Assembly: GCA_050330635.1 (NCBI GenBank) | Contig: JBHJNQ010000046.1 | Coordinates: 2,808 to 66,807, forward strand | DNA: 64,000 bases | DNA from: Acidimicrobiales bacterium | Lineage (GTDB): Bacteria > Actinomycetota > Acidimicrobiia > Acidimicrobiales > SZUA-35 | Direction of reading: 5' to 3' | Shown here: positions 26,318 through 35,150 of the stretch, in pieces | How the letters are laid out: each line of letters begins with the position of its first letter | How positions within the stretch are numbered: the first letter of the stretch is position 1 | Notes under the pieces: generated by a model | Told to the model about the DNA's origin: nothing | Seen by the model: the letters and a program-made list of their open reading frames with translations, nothing else | Database searches by the model: none | Made by a program: the position numbers and the translations under genes

Positions 26318-28039
26318 TCACGGGCGGTAGCGGTTCGTGATGGGGACCCTGCGGTCCCGGCCGAAGGCCTTGTCGGTGATGCGGATGCCGGGCGGGTTCT
26401 GGCGTCGCTTGTACTCGGCGATGTCGACGAGGTGCACGATGCGGCGCACGATGTCCGGGTCGTGACCGGCGGCGATCAGCTCGGGACCGGTCAGGTCGTC
26501 CTCGACGTAGCCCTCGAGGATCGGATCGAGGATCTCGTAGGGCGGCAGACTCTGGTCGTCGCGCTGGTCGGGCCGTAGCTCGGCCGACGGGGCCTTCTCG
26601 ATGACGGCGATGGGGATGATCTCCCGGCCCTCGGCGGCGTTCTTCCAGCGACACAGCTCATAGACGAGCACCTTGGGGACGTCCTTGATGACGGCGAACC
26701 CTCCGGCCGTGTCACCGTAGAGGGTAGAGTAGCCAACGGACGTCTCCGACTTGTTGCCGGTGGTGAGGATGAGCCAGCCCAGCTTGTTGGACAGCGCCAT
26801 CATCGTCACCCCCCGGATCCGAGACTGGAGGTTCTCCTCGGTCGTGTCGGGTTCGAGACCGTCGAAGCTGGGCTCCAGCAGCTCCCCGAAGGCGACGTGG
26901 GCCGGCTCGATGGGGATCGTTCGGTGTTCGACGTCGAGGGTCTTGCACAGGGCCTCGGCGTCGGTGATCGAGTGCTCGGACGAGTACCGGGACGGCATGA
27001 GGACGGCGTGGACCCGGTCGGCCCCGAGGGCGTCGACGGCGATGGCGACAACGATGGACGAGTCGATCCCCCCCGACAGGGCGATTCCCACGTCGGTGAA
27101 GCCGTTCTTGGTCACGTAGTCGTGGGTGCCGAGGACCAGGGCCCGCCAGATCTGCTCCAACTCGTCGGGGATGGGCGCCGGGTCGGGGATGACGGCCGGC
27201 GTGGTGACCTCCCGGTCGGGGGTCAGCTGCCGGCTGGGTAGAGCGATCAGGGGGGCGTACTGGCCCCGGGGATCGATGCGGCGCTTGCGGTACAGGGCAG
27301 GCACGTCGACGTCGCAGATCAGGAGATCCTCGTCGAACAATGGGGCCCGGGTGACCACGTGGCCCTGGGCGTCGAGGATGACCGAGCCTCCGTCGAACAC
27401 CAGCTCGTCCTGGCCGCCGACCTGGTTGACATAGACGAGGTGCACCGACGCGTCGGCCGCCCTCGTGGCCAGCATCGTCTCCCGGTCGAGCTGCTTGTCG
27501 ACCTGGAACGGACTCCCGTTGATGTTGAGCACCACCTCGGCCCCGCCCCGGGCCAGCTCGGCGATGGGGCCCGTCGGGCTCCAGGCGTCCTCGCAGATCG
27601 AAACGCCGACCTTGACCCCGTGCAGTTCGACCAGCTCCAGGGGGGCGTTGCCGACGGAGAAGTAGCGCTGTTCGTCGAACACCGAGTAGTTGGGCAGGAG
27701 GCGCTTGTGGTAGCGGAGCGCCACCCGACCCCGGTGGCAGAGGGCGGCGGCGTTGTACAGGTCGCGGTCGAGGTCGACGAAACCGACGACGGCGGCGCAG
27801 TCGCCGGTGCGGGCCGCCAGGTAGGCGAGGGCTTCGAGGTTGTCCTCCACGAACCCGGGCTTCAGCACCAGGTCCTCGGGGGGATAGCCGGTGATCGACA
27901 GCTCACCGAAGACGGCGATGTCGGCACCGGCCCGCTCGGCCTCCTCGAGGAGGTTGACCATGCGGGCCACGTTGCCGTCGAGGTCACCAACCGTGGGGTT
28001 GAATTGGCAGGCCGCCACACGGAGTCGTCGCATCGGCAA
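26318..28039 (-). CDS. nadE: glutamine-dependent NAD+ synthetase
   Basis: An N-terminal nitrilase-type domain (RVAACQFNP...ICED) is followed by the synthetase PP-loop GIALSGGIDSS. Confidence 0.95.
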   Translation of the reverse strand: MPMRRLRVAACQFNPTVGDLDGNVARMVNLLEEAERAGADIAVFGELSITGYPPEDLVLKPGFVEDNLEALAYLAARTGDCAAVVGFVDLDRDLYNAAALCHRGRVALRYHKRLLPNYSVFDEQRYFSVGNAPLELVELHGVKVGVSICEDAWSPTGPIAELARGGAEVVLNINGSPFQVDKQLDRETMLATRAADASVHLVYVNQVGGQDELVFDGGSVILDAQGHVVTRAPLFDEDLLICDVDVPALYRKRRIDPRGQYAPLIALPSRQLTPDREVTTPAVIPDPAPIPDELEQIWRALVLGTHDYVTKNGFTDVGIALSGGIDSSIVVAIAVDALGADRVHAVLMPSRYSSEHSITDAEALCKTLDVEHRTIPIEPAHVAFGELLEPSFDGLEPDTTEENLQSRIRGVTMMALSNKLGWLILTTGNKSETSVGYSTLYGDTAGGFAVIKDVPKVLVYELCRWKNAAEGREIIPIAVIEKAPSAELRPDQRDDQSLPPYEILDPILEGYVEDDLTGPELIAAGHDPDIVRRIVHLVDIAEYKRRQNPPGIRITDKAFGRDRRVPITNRYRP

Positions 28040-28572
28040 GAAGTGTAGGGCAGCCGCGCTGCGGCCCCGGATGGTGGCGGCCCAGAAGGTCCCCGGGCGG
28101 GGTCGTGATCATCTCGCTCACCCGGTCGGCGATCTCGGCCTTCAGCTCGGCGTCGACGCCGTTGCCGGCCGCCAGCTCGGCGATCGTCCTGCCATCGGCC
28201 AGCCCGGAGCGTATCGCGTCGACGCTGAGGCCGCGGATGTCGCTCAGTTCGGTCAGCCGGGCCCGGTCGCGGCGTTGGTGATGATGCCCGGGGGCGTCGG
28301 TCGTCTCGTCCGTGGTGTCGTCGGCACTGCCCTCGACCGGTGCGTCTCCGGCCGTGTCGGTCGACGAGTCGTCGGTGACCGCAACGGTGCCCGCCCCGAC
28401 CAGGCCGATGGGGCTGACCAGAGCGCCGACGGCCACGCTGCCGGACACGACGGCGGCCGCCACCAGGTAGCGCCGGGCCCCTCCCGTCGTCAGTCGCTCG
28501 GTGGTCGCCGTTTCGACCGACTCGGGGCTGAGCTCCGGATCGCTGTCGGCTGGGGGGGATCGGGTCGTACAT
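27984..28572 (-). CDS. membrane-anchored acidic protein; the reading frame changes at a C7 run near the 5' end
   Basis: ATG 28572 (Shine-Dalgarno GAGGAG) reads MYDPIPP and then hits a 7-C run (28552..28558). The sensible ORF continues in another frame: ADSDPELSPE...RRYLVAAAVVSGSVAVGALV (TM helix), a T/D-rich linker, then a helical domain. That frame has no ATG/GTG/TTG start of its own downstream of the preceding gene (end 28717). The length is not a multiple of 3. Confidence 0.4.
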
Positions 28573-28716
28573 CGGGATGCGGCTCCTCGTGCAGCTCGGT
28601 GATGGATCCAGCGTCGACCCCGCGTGTTAGGGGCGGATGATGACCAGACCAGGACTCGGCGTGGAAAGGGGAGCGAAAGGTGCCGGACTCCGACGACGGG
28701 GAGCGGCGTCCGGTGG

Positions 28717-29385
28717 TCACCCGGCGGGGGTCCACCGTGGGTCGCGGCCGGCGAAACCGAGCAGCCGGTCGAGCGGCGGGGCGTCGTCGGCAACGGGGAC
28801 CTCGGCGTCGAAGAAGCCGGTGTCGGGACCGCGGTACTCGGGGGCCACCATGCCCCGGAGGAACTCGAGGGCCGCCTCGACCGCGTCGTCGGGGGCGGCA
28901 TAGGGCTGTCCGGTGGCGGTGGCCAGGTCCCAGGCGTGGATGATGTACTCGCCCAACGCCATGCCCAGCACCCCGTCGCCGGCCATGCGCGCCGACGACA
29001 TGGTCACCGTCCACCCCGCCACATCGGCGGCGATGGCGCGGCGGAAGTCGTCGAGCGCGCCGCCCACCACCTCGCTCGCCCGCTCACCGTCGGCTGCGGA
29101 GACGGCGGCGGCGACGGCGTCGGGATCGGGACGGGGGGAACGGGCCGACGGATCCGTCAGGGCGGCGGCGAAGAACCGGAGCCAGCCCAGTACATGGGCC
29201 AGGAGCTCACCAACCGTGAACCCCGCGCAGGGGGTGGGGCACGGCAGCTGGTCGGCATCCACATCGACCACGGCGGCCAACCCGCCGAGCACATCGCCAA
29301 ACAGGCGGGCGGCGGCATCCGGGTCGCGGAACACGGCCGGGGCGGAGGTGGGGAAGAGGGGGAGCTCGCTCGTCTCGTTGCTCAT
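28717..29385 (-). CDS. DinB-like / TIGR03086-type metal-binding protein (mycothiol maleylpyruvate-isomerase N-terminal-domain family)
   Basis: Starts at ATG 29385 (MSNETSEL). Shows TVGELLAHVL and ...EYIIHAWDLATA, with the C-terminal DRLLGFAGRDP. Confidence 0.7.
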   Translation of the reverse strand: MSNETSELPLFPTSAPAVFRDPDAAARLFGDVLGGLAAVVDVDADQLPCPTPCAGFTVGELLAHVLGWLRFFAAALTDPSARSPRPDPDAVAAAVSAADGERASEVVGGALDDFRRAIAADVAGWTVTMSSARMAGDGVLGMALGEYIIHAWDLATATGQPYAAPDDAVEAALEFLRGMVAPEYRGPDTGFFDAEVPVADDAPPLDRLLGFAGRDPRWTPAG

Positions 29386-29473
29386 GGGGGTGAAGCTAGA
29401 GCGGCGGCCCGATCGAGTCTTGAACATTCACGACACACCATCCACGACGACCTCGGACGCTACCCTCGGGCCG

Positions 29474-30352
29474 ATGGGCGGTCCCCTCCCCGACGACACC
29501 CGGGGCATCGTCGACCCGGTGGCCATGATGCGCCACGTCGACTTCGCCCGCTCCCCCGCCGGCGACGCCCTCGACGGCCTCGTCGAGTGGTTCTGGTCGG
29601 TGGCCTGGGATCTCCCCCACGATGAGGTTCACGACCAGCAAGTCCTCAACCATCCGGCAGGAAACATCAGCATCGGCACCCTCGACGACGCCGGGATCCC
29701 GCTGGATCCACCCCAGGGCCGGGTCTACGGCGTGATGACGGCGCTCAGCCACCGTCACCTCACGGGGGCCGGTTGGACGGTGGCGGCCCGCACTGCGGTC
29801 GGTGGGCTCGGCGTCTTCCTCGATGGCCCGGCCCGGGCCGGCGCCGACACCCAACTCACGCTGGCCGATGCCGTTCCCGGCCTCGACGGTCCCGCCGTGG
29901 TCGCCGCCGTCTGCGCCGAGACCGACAACCGGTCCCGGATCGCCGTGCTGCGCACGGCCCTCGGGGAGCTGGTGTCGCGGCGTGACCCGGCCCTGCTGGC
30001 CGAGGCCCGGGAGGTGACCAGGGTGGCGGCGATCGCCGAGCGCGACCGTTCGGTGTGCCGGGTCGAGGAGCTGGCCGACGCCGCCGGCACCAGCGTCCGC
30101 ACCCTCCAACGGCTGTTCGACGTCCACGTCGGCGTGGGCCCGTCGTTCGTGATCCGGCGGTGGAGGATCATCGAGGCCGCCGAAGCGGCCCGGGAGGCCG
30201 TCGATCTCGGGGCGCAGTGGCGGGGTTGGGCCGCCGTCGCCGCCGAGCTGGGCTACGCCGACCAGGCCCACCTCACCCGGGACTTCCGCCGCCACCTGGG
30301 CATCTCGCCGTCGGCCTACCTGGCTCGAACGGCACGAGGGGAGACCGGATGA
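29474..30352 (+). CDS. AraC-family transcriptional regulator
   Basis: C-terminal double HTH: VEELADAAGTSVRTLQRLF ... AAELGYADQAHLTRDFRRHLGISPSAY. Confidence 0.85.
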   Translation: MGGPLPDDTRGIVDPVAMMRHVDFARSPAGDALDGLVEWFWSVAWDLPHDEVHDQQVLNHPAGNISIGTLDDAGIPLDPPQGRVYGVMTALSHRHLTGAGWTVAARTAVGGLGVFLDGPARAGADTQLTLADAVPGLDGPAVVAAVCAETDNRSRIAVLRTALGELVSRRDPALLAEAREVTRVAAIAERDRSVCRVEELADAAGTSVRTLQRLFDVHVGVGPSFVIRRWRIIEAAEAAREAVDLGAQWRGWAAVAAELGYADQAHLTRDFRRHLGISPSAYLARTARGETG

Positions 30353-30465
30353 ACCGATCTCCCCTCTCGTGTCACGGGAGCAGGCTCAGGAGCGATCGCC
30401 GGGATCGACGTTCGGGGGGACCCGACCCCCGGGACCGGGCGGTGCTGCTCAGGCGGCGGACGGCG

Positions 30466-31479
30466 TCAGCTCAGGGCCCCGCAACACGTGTTGGTCATGA
30501 GGGTGGTCACGACGTAGGGGTCGGCGTTGGCGTTGGGCCGCCGGTCCTCGATGTAGCCCTTCTTGTCCTTGGCCACCTGCCACGGGATGCGGACCGAGGC
30601 CCCCCGGTCGGAGACCCCGTAGCTGAACTGATCGAAGCGCTGGGTCTCGTGGGCACCGGTGAGCCGATCCTCGATACCGAAGCCGTAGCCGATCAGGTGC
30701 TCCTCCGGCTTGCCGGGAGCGCCCAGGGCCTCGCAGGCCGTGATCACGTCGTCGTAGCTTTCGCGCATGCCCTTGGTGGAGAAGTTGGTGTGCATCCCGG
30801 CGCCGTTCCAGTCGCCCTTCATGGGCTTGGCCTCCATCGAGATCTCGACGTTGTGTTCCTCCCCGATGCGGTACAGGAGGTAACGGGCCACCCAGAGGTG
30901 GTCGGCGACGGTGACGGTGTCGAGCGGGCCGATCTGGAACTCCCACTGGCCGGGCATGACCTCGGCGTTGGTGCCCGAGATCCCGAGTCCGGCTTCGATG
31001 CAGAGGGTGGTGTGCTCTTCGACGAGCTCCCGGCCGGCGATCTTCACCGCCCCCACACCGCAGTAGTACGGGCCCTGGGGGCCGGGATAGCCGTGCGACG
31101 GGAAGCCGAAGGGCCAGCTGCTGACCGGATCGAGCATGGTGTACTCCTGCTCGAGACCGAACAGCGGTTCCTGCTCGCCGTACTTCTCGAGCGCCGCCAC
31201 CGCCGCCGCCCGGGTGTTGGTGGGGTGGGGCGAGAGGTCCTCGGTCAGGAGGGTCTCGCACAGCACGAGGACGTTGTCATCACCGCGGACCGGATCGGGG
31301 CACTCGAACACGGGGTTCAGGACCACGTCGGAGTTGTCGCCGGTGGCCTGGTTGGTGCTCGAACCGTCGAAACCCCAGATGCCCGGCTCGTCGCCGTCGG
31401 CCAGGATCTTGGTCTTGGATCGCACCTCGGCCGTCGGCAGGGTGCCGTCGATCCAGATGTATTCAGCCCTGTACGTCAC
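30466..31479 (-). CDS. glnII: glutamine synthetase, type II
   Basis: GTG 31479 sits behind GGAG. VTYRAEYIWIDG matches the canonical GSII N-terminus, followed by GWPxGGFP-like PFGFPSHGYPGPQGPYYCGVG and NGAGMHTNFS. Confidence 0.9.
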   Translation of the reverse strand: MTYRAEYIWIDGTLPTAEVRSKTKILADGDEPGIWGFDGSSTNQATGDNSDVVLNPVFECPDPVRGDDNVLVLCETLLTEDLSPHPTNTRAAAVAALEKYGEQEPLFGLEQEYTMLDPVSSWPFGFPSHGYPGPQGPYYCGVGAVKIAGRELVEEHTTLCIEAGLGISGTNAEVMPGQWEFQIGPLDTVTVADHLWVARYLLYRIGEEHNVEISMEAKPMKGDWNGAGMHTNFSTKGMRESYDDVITACEALGAPGKPEEHLIGYGFGIEDRLTGAHETQRFDQFSYGVSDRGASVRIPWQVAKDKKGYIEDRRPNANADPYVVTTLMTNTCCGALS

Positions 31480-31567
31480 GTTGTGTCTCCAACTCCTCAG
31501 TGAACCTTGTCTCGGGTCGGACAATCTCACTTAACCGGCTGCTCCGAGAGGTGGCAATGCTCCGAGT

Positions 31568-31597
31568 GTTAACGCAATGTGAATCGCGACCGTAAGA
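31568..31597. promoter_or_regulatory. three GTnAA-type hexamers at about 11-nt spacing in the glnII/glnA divergent intergenic region (candidate GlnR-type operator)
   Basis: GTTAAC (31568), GTGAAT (31579) and GTAAGA (31592) lie in the locally AT-richer 177-nt spacer. They are reminiscent of actinobacterial GlnR boxes (gTnAc-n6-GaAAc) but not an exact match. Confidence 0.25.
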
Positions 31598-31656
31598 TTC
31601 CCCGATTCGGCGCCCGTCCCGTGCCGACCGGTCGAGACCCTGGTATCACTCGAAGG

Positions 31657-32988
31657 GTGGAACGACGCCAGGAATACGCACTGCGGGCGGTGGAGGAGCG
31701 CAACGTCAAGCTCATCCGCCTCTGGTTCACCGACGTGTTGGGCCAGCTCAAGTCCGTCGCCATCTCCCCGGTCGAGCTGGAGACGGCGTTCGAGGAGGGT
31801 GTCCACTTCGACGGATCGGCCATCGACGGCTTCAGCCGGGTCCAGGAGTCGGACGTGTTGGCCAAGCCCGATCCGTCGACGTTCGAGCTCATGCCCTGGG
31901 CCGACCGGGGATCGACGGCCCGCATGTTCTGCGACATCCTCGACCACGCCGGTCATCCGTTCGAGGGCGATCCCCGTCACGTCCTGCGACGGAACCTGGA
32001 GCGGGCCCTGGGCGACGGTTTCTCGTTCTTCATCGCCCCCGAGATGGAGTTCTTCTACTTCGCCGACGGCGAGCCGTCGCACGCTCCCACCCTGCTCGAT
32101 TCCGGCTCCTACTTCGACCTGACCACCAGCGACGTCGCCTCCGACCTGAGACGGGAGACGATCTCGGTGCTGGAGACGATGGGAATCCCCGTCGAGTACT
32201 CCTTCCACGAGGACTCACCGTCCCAGCACGAGATCGACCTCCGCTACACCGACGCCATGTCGATGGCCGACCAGGTGATGACGTTCCGCCTGGTGGTGAG
32301 GGAGCTGGCCCTCGAGCGGGGCCGCTTCGCCTCGTTCATGCCGAAACCCCTGGCCGGGATGCAGGGTTCCGGCATGCACCTCCACCTCTCGCTCTTCGAC
32401 GCCGAGACCAATGCCTTCCACGACGCCACGGCCGAGTCGCAGCTGTCGGAGGTGGGGCAACGGTTCATGGCCGGGCTCCTCGTCCACGCCCGCGAGATCA
32501 CCGCCGTGACCAACCAGCTGGTCAACTCCTACAAGCGCCTCGTCGTCGGCTACGAGGCCCCCGTGTGGGTCACGTGGGCCAAGAACAACCGGTCGGCCCT
32601 GATCAGGGTGCCGATCACCCGGGCCGACAAGCCGTCGTCGACCCGGATCGAGTTCCGCTCGCCCGACCCCGCCTGCAACCCCTACCTGGCGTTCTCCGTC
32701 ATCCTCGCCGCTGGGATGGAGGGCATCCGCAAGGGCTACGACCTCCCACCGGAGGCCACCCAGAACATCTTCGAGCTCACCGCCGACGAAGCCAGGAACC
32801 TGGGCGTCGAGAGCCTCCCCCAGTCGCTGGCCGAGGCCCTCGACGTCATGGAGGGCTCCCAGCTCGTCCACGACGCCCTCGGCGAGCACATCTTCGAGTG
32901 GTTCCTCCGCAACAAGCGGCGGGAGTGGCAGAGCTACAAGACCCACGTCAGCCAGTGGGAGCTCGAGCGCTACCTTCCGTCATGGTGA
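31657..32988 (+). CDS. glnA: glutamine synthetase, type I
   Basis: GTG 31657 sits behind GAAGGG. Motifs: IRLWFTDVLGQLKS, FDGSAIDGF, the MHLHLSL region and NSYKRLV. The position of the usual adenylylation Tyr reads NIFEL (Phe). Confidence 0.9.
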   Translation: MERRQEYALRAVEERNVKLIRLWFTDVLGQLKSVAISPVELETAFEEGVHFDGSAIDGFSRVQESDVLAKPDPSTFELMPWADRGSTARMFCDILDHAGHPFEGDPRHVLRRNLERALGDGFSFFIAPEMEFFYFADGEPSHAPTLLDSGSYFDLTTSDVASDLRRETISVLETMGIPVEYSFHEDSPSQHEIDLRYTDAMSMADQVMTFRLVVRELALERGRFASFMPKPLAGMQGSGMHLHLSLFDAETNAFHDATAESQLSEVGQRFMAGLLVHAREITAVTNQLVNSYKRLVVGYEAPVWVTWAKNNRSALIRVPITRADKPSSTRIEFRSPDPACNPYLAFSVILAAGMEGIRKGYDLPPEATQNIFELTADEARNLGVESLPQSLAEALDVMEGSQLVHDALGEHIFEWFLRNKRREWQSYKTHVSQWELERYLPSW

Positions 32989-33050
32989 CCGAACCCCGGT
33001 CGTCCCGCCCCTCCGACGCGCTCCACCCCTCGCCGGTGGGAGGCTGAGCG

Positions 33051-33767
33051 GTGGGTGACGACGAACGATTCCTGGTGTATCCCGATCCGGCGCCGACCGA
33101 ACTGGCCCGCTGCCTCGATCTCGGAGGCTACGCCTGGATCTCGACCCCCGACGCCGGCGCCGCCGACGAGGACGATCGACCGTCGTGGACCGGTGCCATC
33201 GTGGCGGCCGACGTCGACCCCGAGGGGGCGTGGGCCCTGTGCCGTGAACTCCGCCGGGGGGATGTGCCGATCGAGCCCCTCCTCCTGCTCGTCTCCGGGG
33301 CGCAACTCGACGAGCTCGAGGCCCGCAGCGAGCTGTTCGACGACTTCATCATCACCCCGTTCCACCCCCGGGAGCTCGAGACGAGGATCAAGCACCTGCT
33401 GTGGCGGGCCGGGCGGGGGGTACGACCCGAGCTCGTCAGCTACGGGCCGATCGAGCTGAACCTGGAGACCTACCAGGCCGTGGTCGATGGGCGGCCCCTC
33501 GATCTGACCTACATGGAGTACGAGCTGCTGCGGTTCCTGACCTCCAACCCGGGACGGGTGTTCACCCGGGAGACGCTGCTGAACCGAGTGTGGGGCTACG
33601 AGTACTACGGCGGCGCCCGCACGGTCGACGTCCACGTCCGCCGGTTGCGGGCCAAGCTGGGTGAGGAACACTCCAACCTCATCCAGACCGTGCGCAGCGT
33701 CGGCTACAAGCTCGGCCAGTCGCGCTGGAGGGAGTCGTTGAGCGACCGGGAGCTGGACGAGTCCTGA
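33051..33767 (+). CDS. OmpR-family winged-helix regulator with an atypical receiver domain (GlnR-like orphan response regulator)
   Basis: The C-terminal wHTH reads LDLTYMEYELLRFLTSNPGRVFTRETLLNRVWGYEYYGGARTVDVHVRRLRAKL. In the receiver, the acidic pocket and conserved Lys are degenerate (FLVYPDP; DDFIITPF). No cognate kinase is present. The gene sits directly after glnA. Confidence 0.7.
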   Translation: MGDDERFLVYPDPAPTELARCLDLGGYAWISTPDAGAADEDDRPSWTGAIVAADVDPEGAWALCRELRRGDVPIEPLLLLVSGAQLDELEARSELFDDFIITPFHPRELETRIKHLLWRAGRGVRPELVSYGPIELNLETYQAVVDGRPLDLTYMEYELLRFLTSNPGRVFTRETLLNRVWGYEYYGGARTVDVHVRRLRAKLGEEHSNLIQTVRSVGYKLGQSRWRESLSDRELDES

Positions 33768-33845
33768 CCCGCCTCCCCTCGGCGGGCGGCCGACGCCCCG
33801 CGCCGCCCGGGGAGGGCGGGCGGTCGGGCGGTCGGGCCGTGGCAC

Positions 33846-35114
33846 TCAGGGAAAGATGGCCCGCCGATCGTAGACCTCGGCCAGGCGTCGCAGGGCCACC
33901 ACGTAGGCGGCGTCGCGGCGGCTGCAGCCGAGGCTGTTGCGGACGCCCACCACCGCGTCGTGGGCCTTCCACACCAGCTGGCGGAACCGGTCGTCGACGT
34001 CGTCGAACGTCCACGCCCTCGACGACTTGTTCTGGAGCCACTCGAAGTAGGAGACGATGACGCCGCCCGAGTTGGCCAGGATGTCGGGGACGATCTCGAT
34101 GCCGTGCTCGGCCAGTACGTCCTCGCCGTCCATCGTGGTCGGGCCGTTGGCGGCCTCGACGACGAGCCTGCAGTCGAGGAGCTTGGCCCGCTGGGCCGTC
34201 AGCTGGTTCTCCAGCGCCGCCGGCACGAACACGTCGACCTTCTCCCGGAACAGGTCCTCGCTGTCGACCGACTCACCTCCGGGGAAGTCGGCCACGCCGC
34301 CGCAGTCGCGCACCCACTGGCGCAACTTGACCACGTCGAGGCCGCCGTCGGCCCGGACGGTGCCGGTGTGGTCGGAGACGGCCATCACGGTGCAGCCGGC
34401 GTCGCTGGCCAGCTCGGCGAAGTTGCCGCCGACATTGCCGAAGCCCTGGACGCTCACGCGGAGCGAGTCGAGCCGCTCGCCCACTTCGCCGCACCAGTGG
34501 CGGAGGGCGTAGAGGACGCCGCGACCGGTGGCCTCCTCACGGCCGAGCGAGCCGCCGCACGACAGCGACTTGCCGGTCACGACGCCCTTGACGCTCTGGC
34601 GGTTGCTGGGCGGCGTGATGTTGGCATAGGTGTCCATCACCCAGTCCATCGTCTGACTGGTGGTGCCGACGTCGGGGGCCGGGATGTCGTGGTCGGGGCC
34701 GATGTTGGCCCCGAGGGCGTGGGTGAAGCGGCGCACGATCCGCTTCATCTCGTCCTCGCTGTAGTCGGCCGGTTCGATCGTGACCCCACCCTTGGCCCCC
34801 CCGAAGGGAATGTCGGCCAGCGCGGTCTTGAAGGTCATCCACGCCGCCAGCGCCTTGACCTCGTCGAGGTCGACCTGGGGGTGGAACCGGAGCCCGCCCT
34901 TGTAGGGGCCCAGGATGTTGTTGTGCTGGATCCGGTACCCGGTGAACACCTTGGTCGATCCGTCGTCGAGATGCACCGGGAAGTTCACGATGATCTCGTT
35001 CTTCGGGTGGGACAAGATCTCCCGGTAGGAGTCCTTGAGCTCGATCAGATCGGCTGCGCGCTGAAACTGCTCGACAGCGACCTGATGGAGGCTCCGTTGC
35101 CTCTCGTCACTCAT
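33846..35114 (-). CDS. gdhA: glutamate dehydrogenase (Glu/Leu/Phe/Val dehydrogenase family)
   Basis: Shows the catalytic-Lys region GPYKGGLRFHP and ...FGGAKGGV, and the Rossmann motif VQGFGNVGG. Confidence 0.9.
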   Translation of the reverse strand: MSDERQRSLHQVAVEQFQRAADLIELKDSYREILSHPKNEIIVNFPVHLDDGSTKVFTGYRIQHNNILGPYKGGLRFHPQVDLDEVKALAAWMTFKTALADIPFGGAKGGVTIEPADYSEDEMKRIVRRFTHALGANIGPDHDIPAPDVGTTSQTMDWVMDTYANITPPSNRQSVKGVVTGKSLSCGGSLGREEATGRGVLYALRHWCGEVGERLDSLRVSVQGFGNVGGNFAELASDAGCTVMAVSDHTGTVRADGGLDVVKLRQWVRDCGGVADFPGGESVDSEDLFREKVDVFVPAALENQLTAQRAKLLDCRLVVEAANGPTTMDGEDVLAEHGIEIVPDILANSGGVIVSYFEWLQNKSSRAWTFDDVDDRFRQLVWKAHDAVVGVRNSLGCSRRDAAYVVALRRLAEVYDRRAIFP

Positions 35115-35150
35115 GCTGTTCCTGTCGTCAGGTTGGGGGGTTTGTGAAAG

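Noticed and set aside
26312-26327. The hairpin CCGCCC-TCAC-GGGCGG at the end of nadE, considered as a terminator.
   Set aside because: The 6-bp stem overlaps the nadE stop codon itself. It is too short to call, and the downstream gene starts 93 nt later and may be co-transcribed.
33768-33838. A GC-rich imperfect inverted repeat (CCCGCCTCCCC … GGGGAGGGCGGG) and GGCGGGCGGTCGGGCGGTCGGGC direct repeats between the GlnR-like gene and gdh, considered as a terminator.
   Set aside because: The arms are imperfect and separated by a 30-nt GC-rich loop. This is indistinguishable from background GC-rich self-complementarity.
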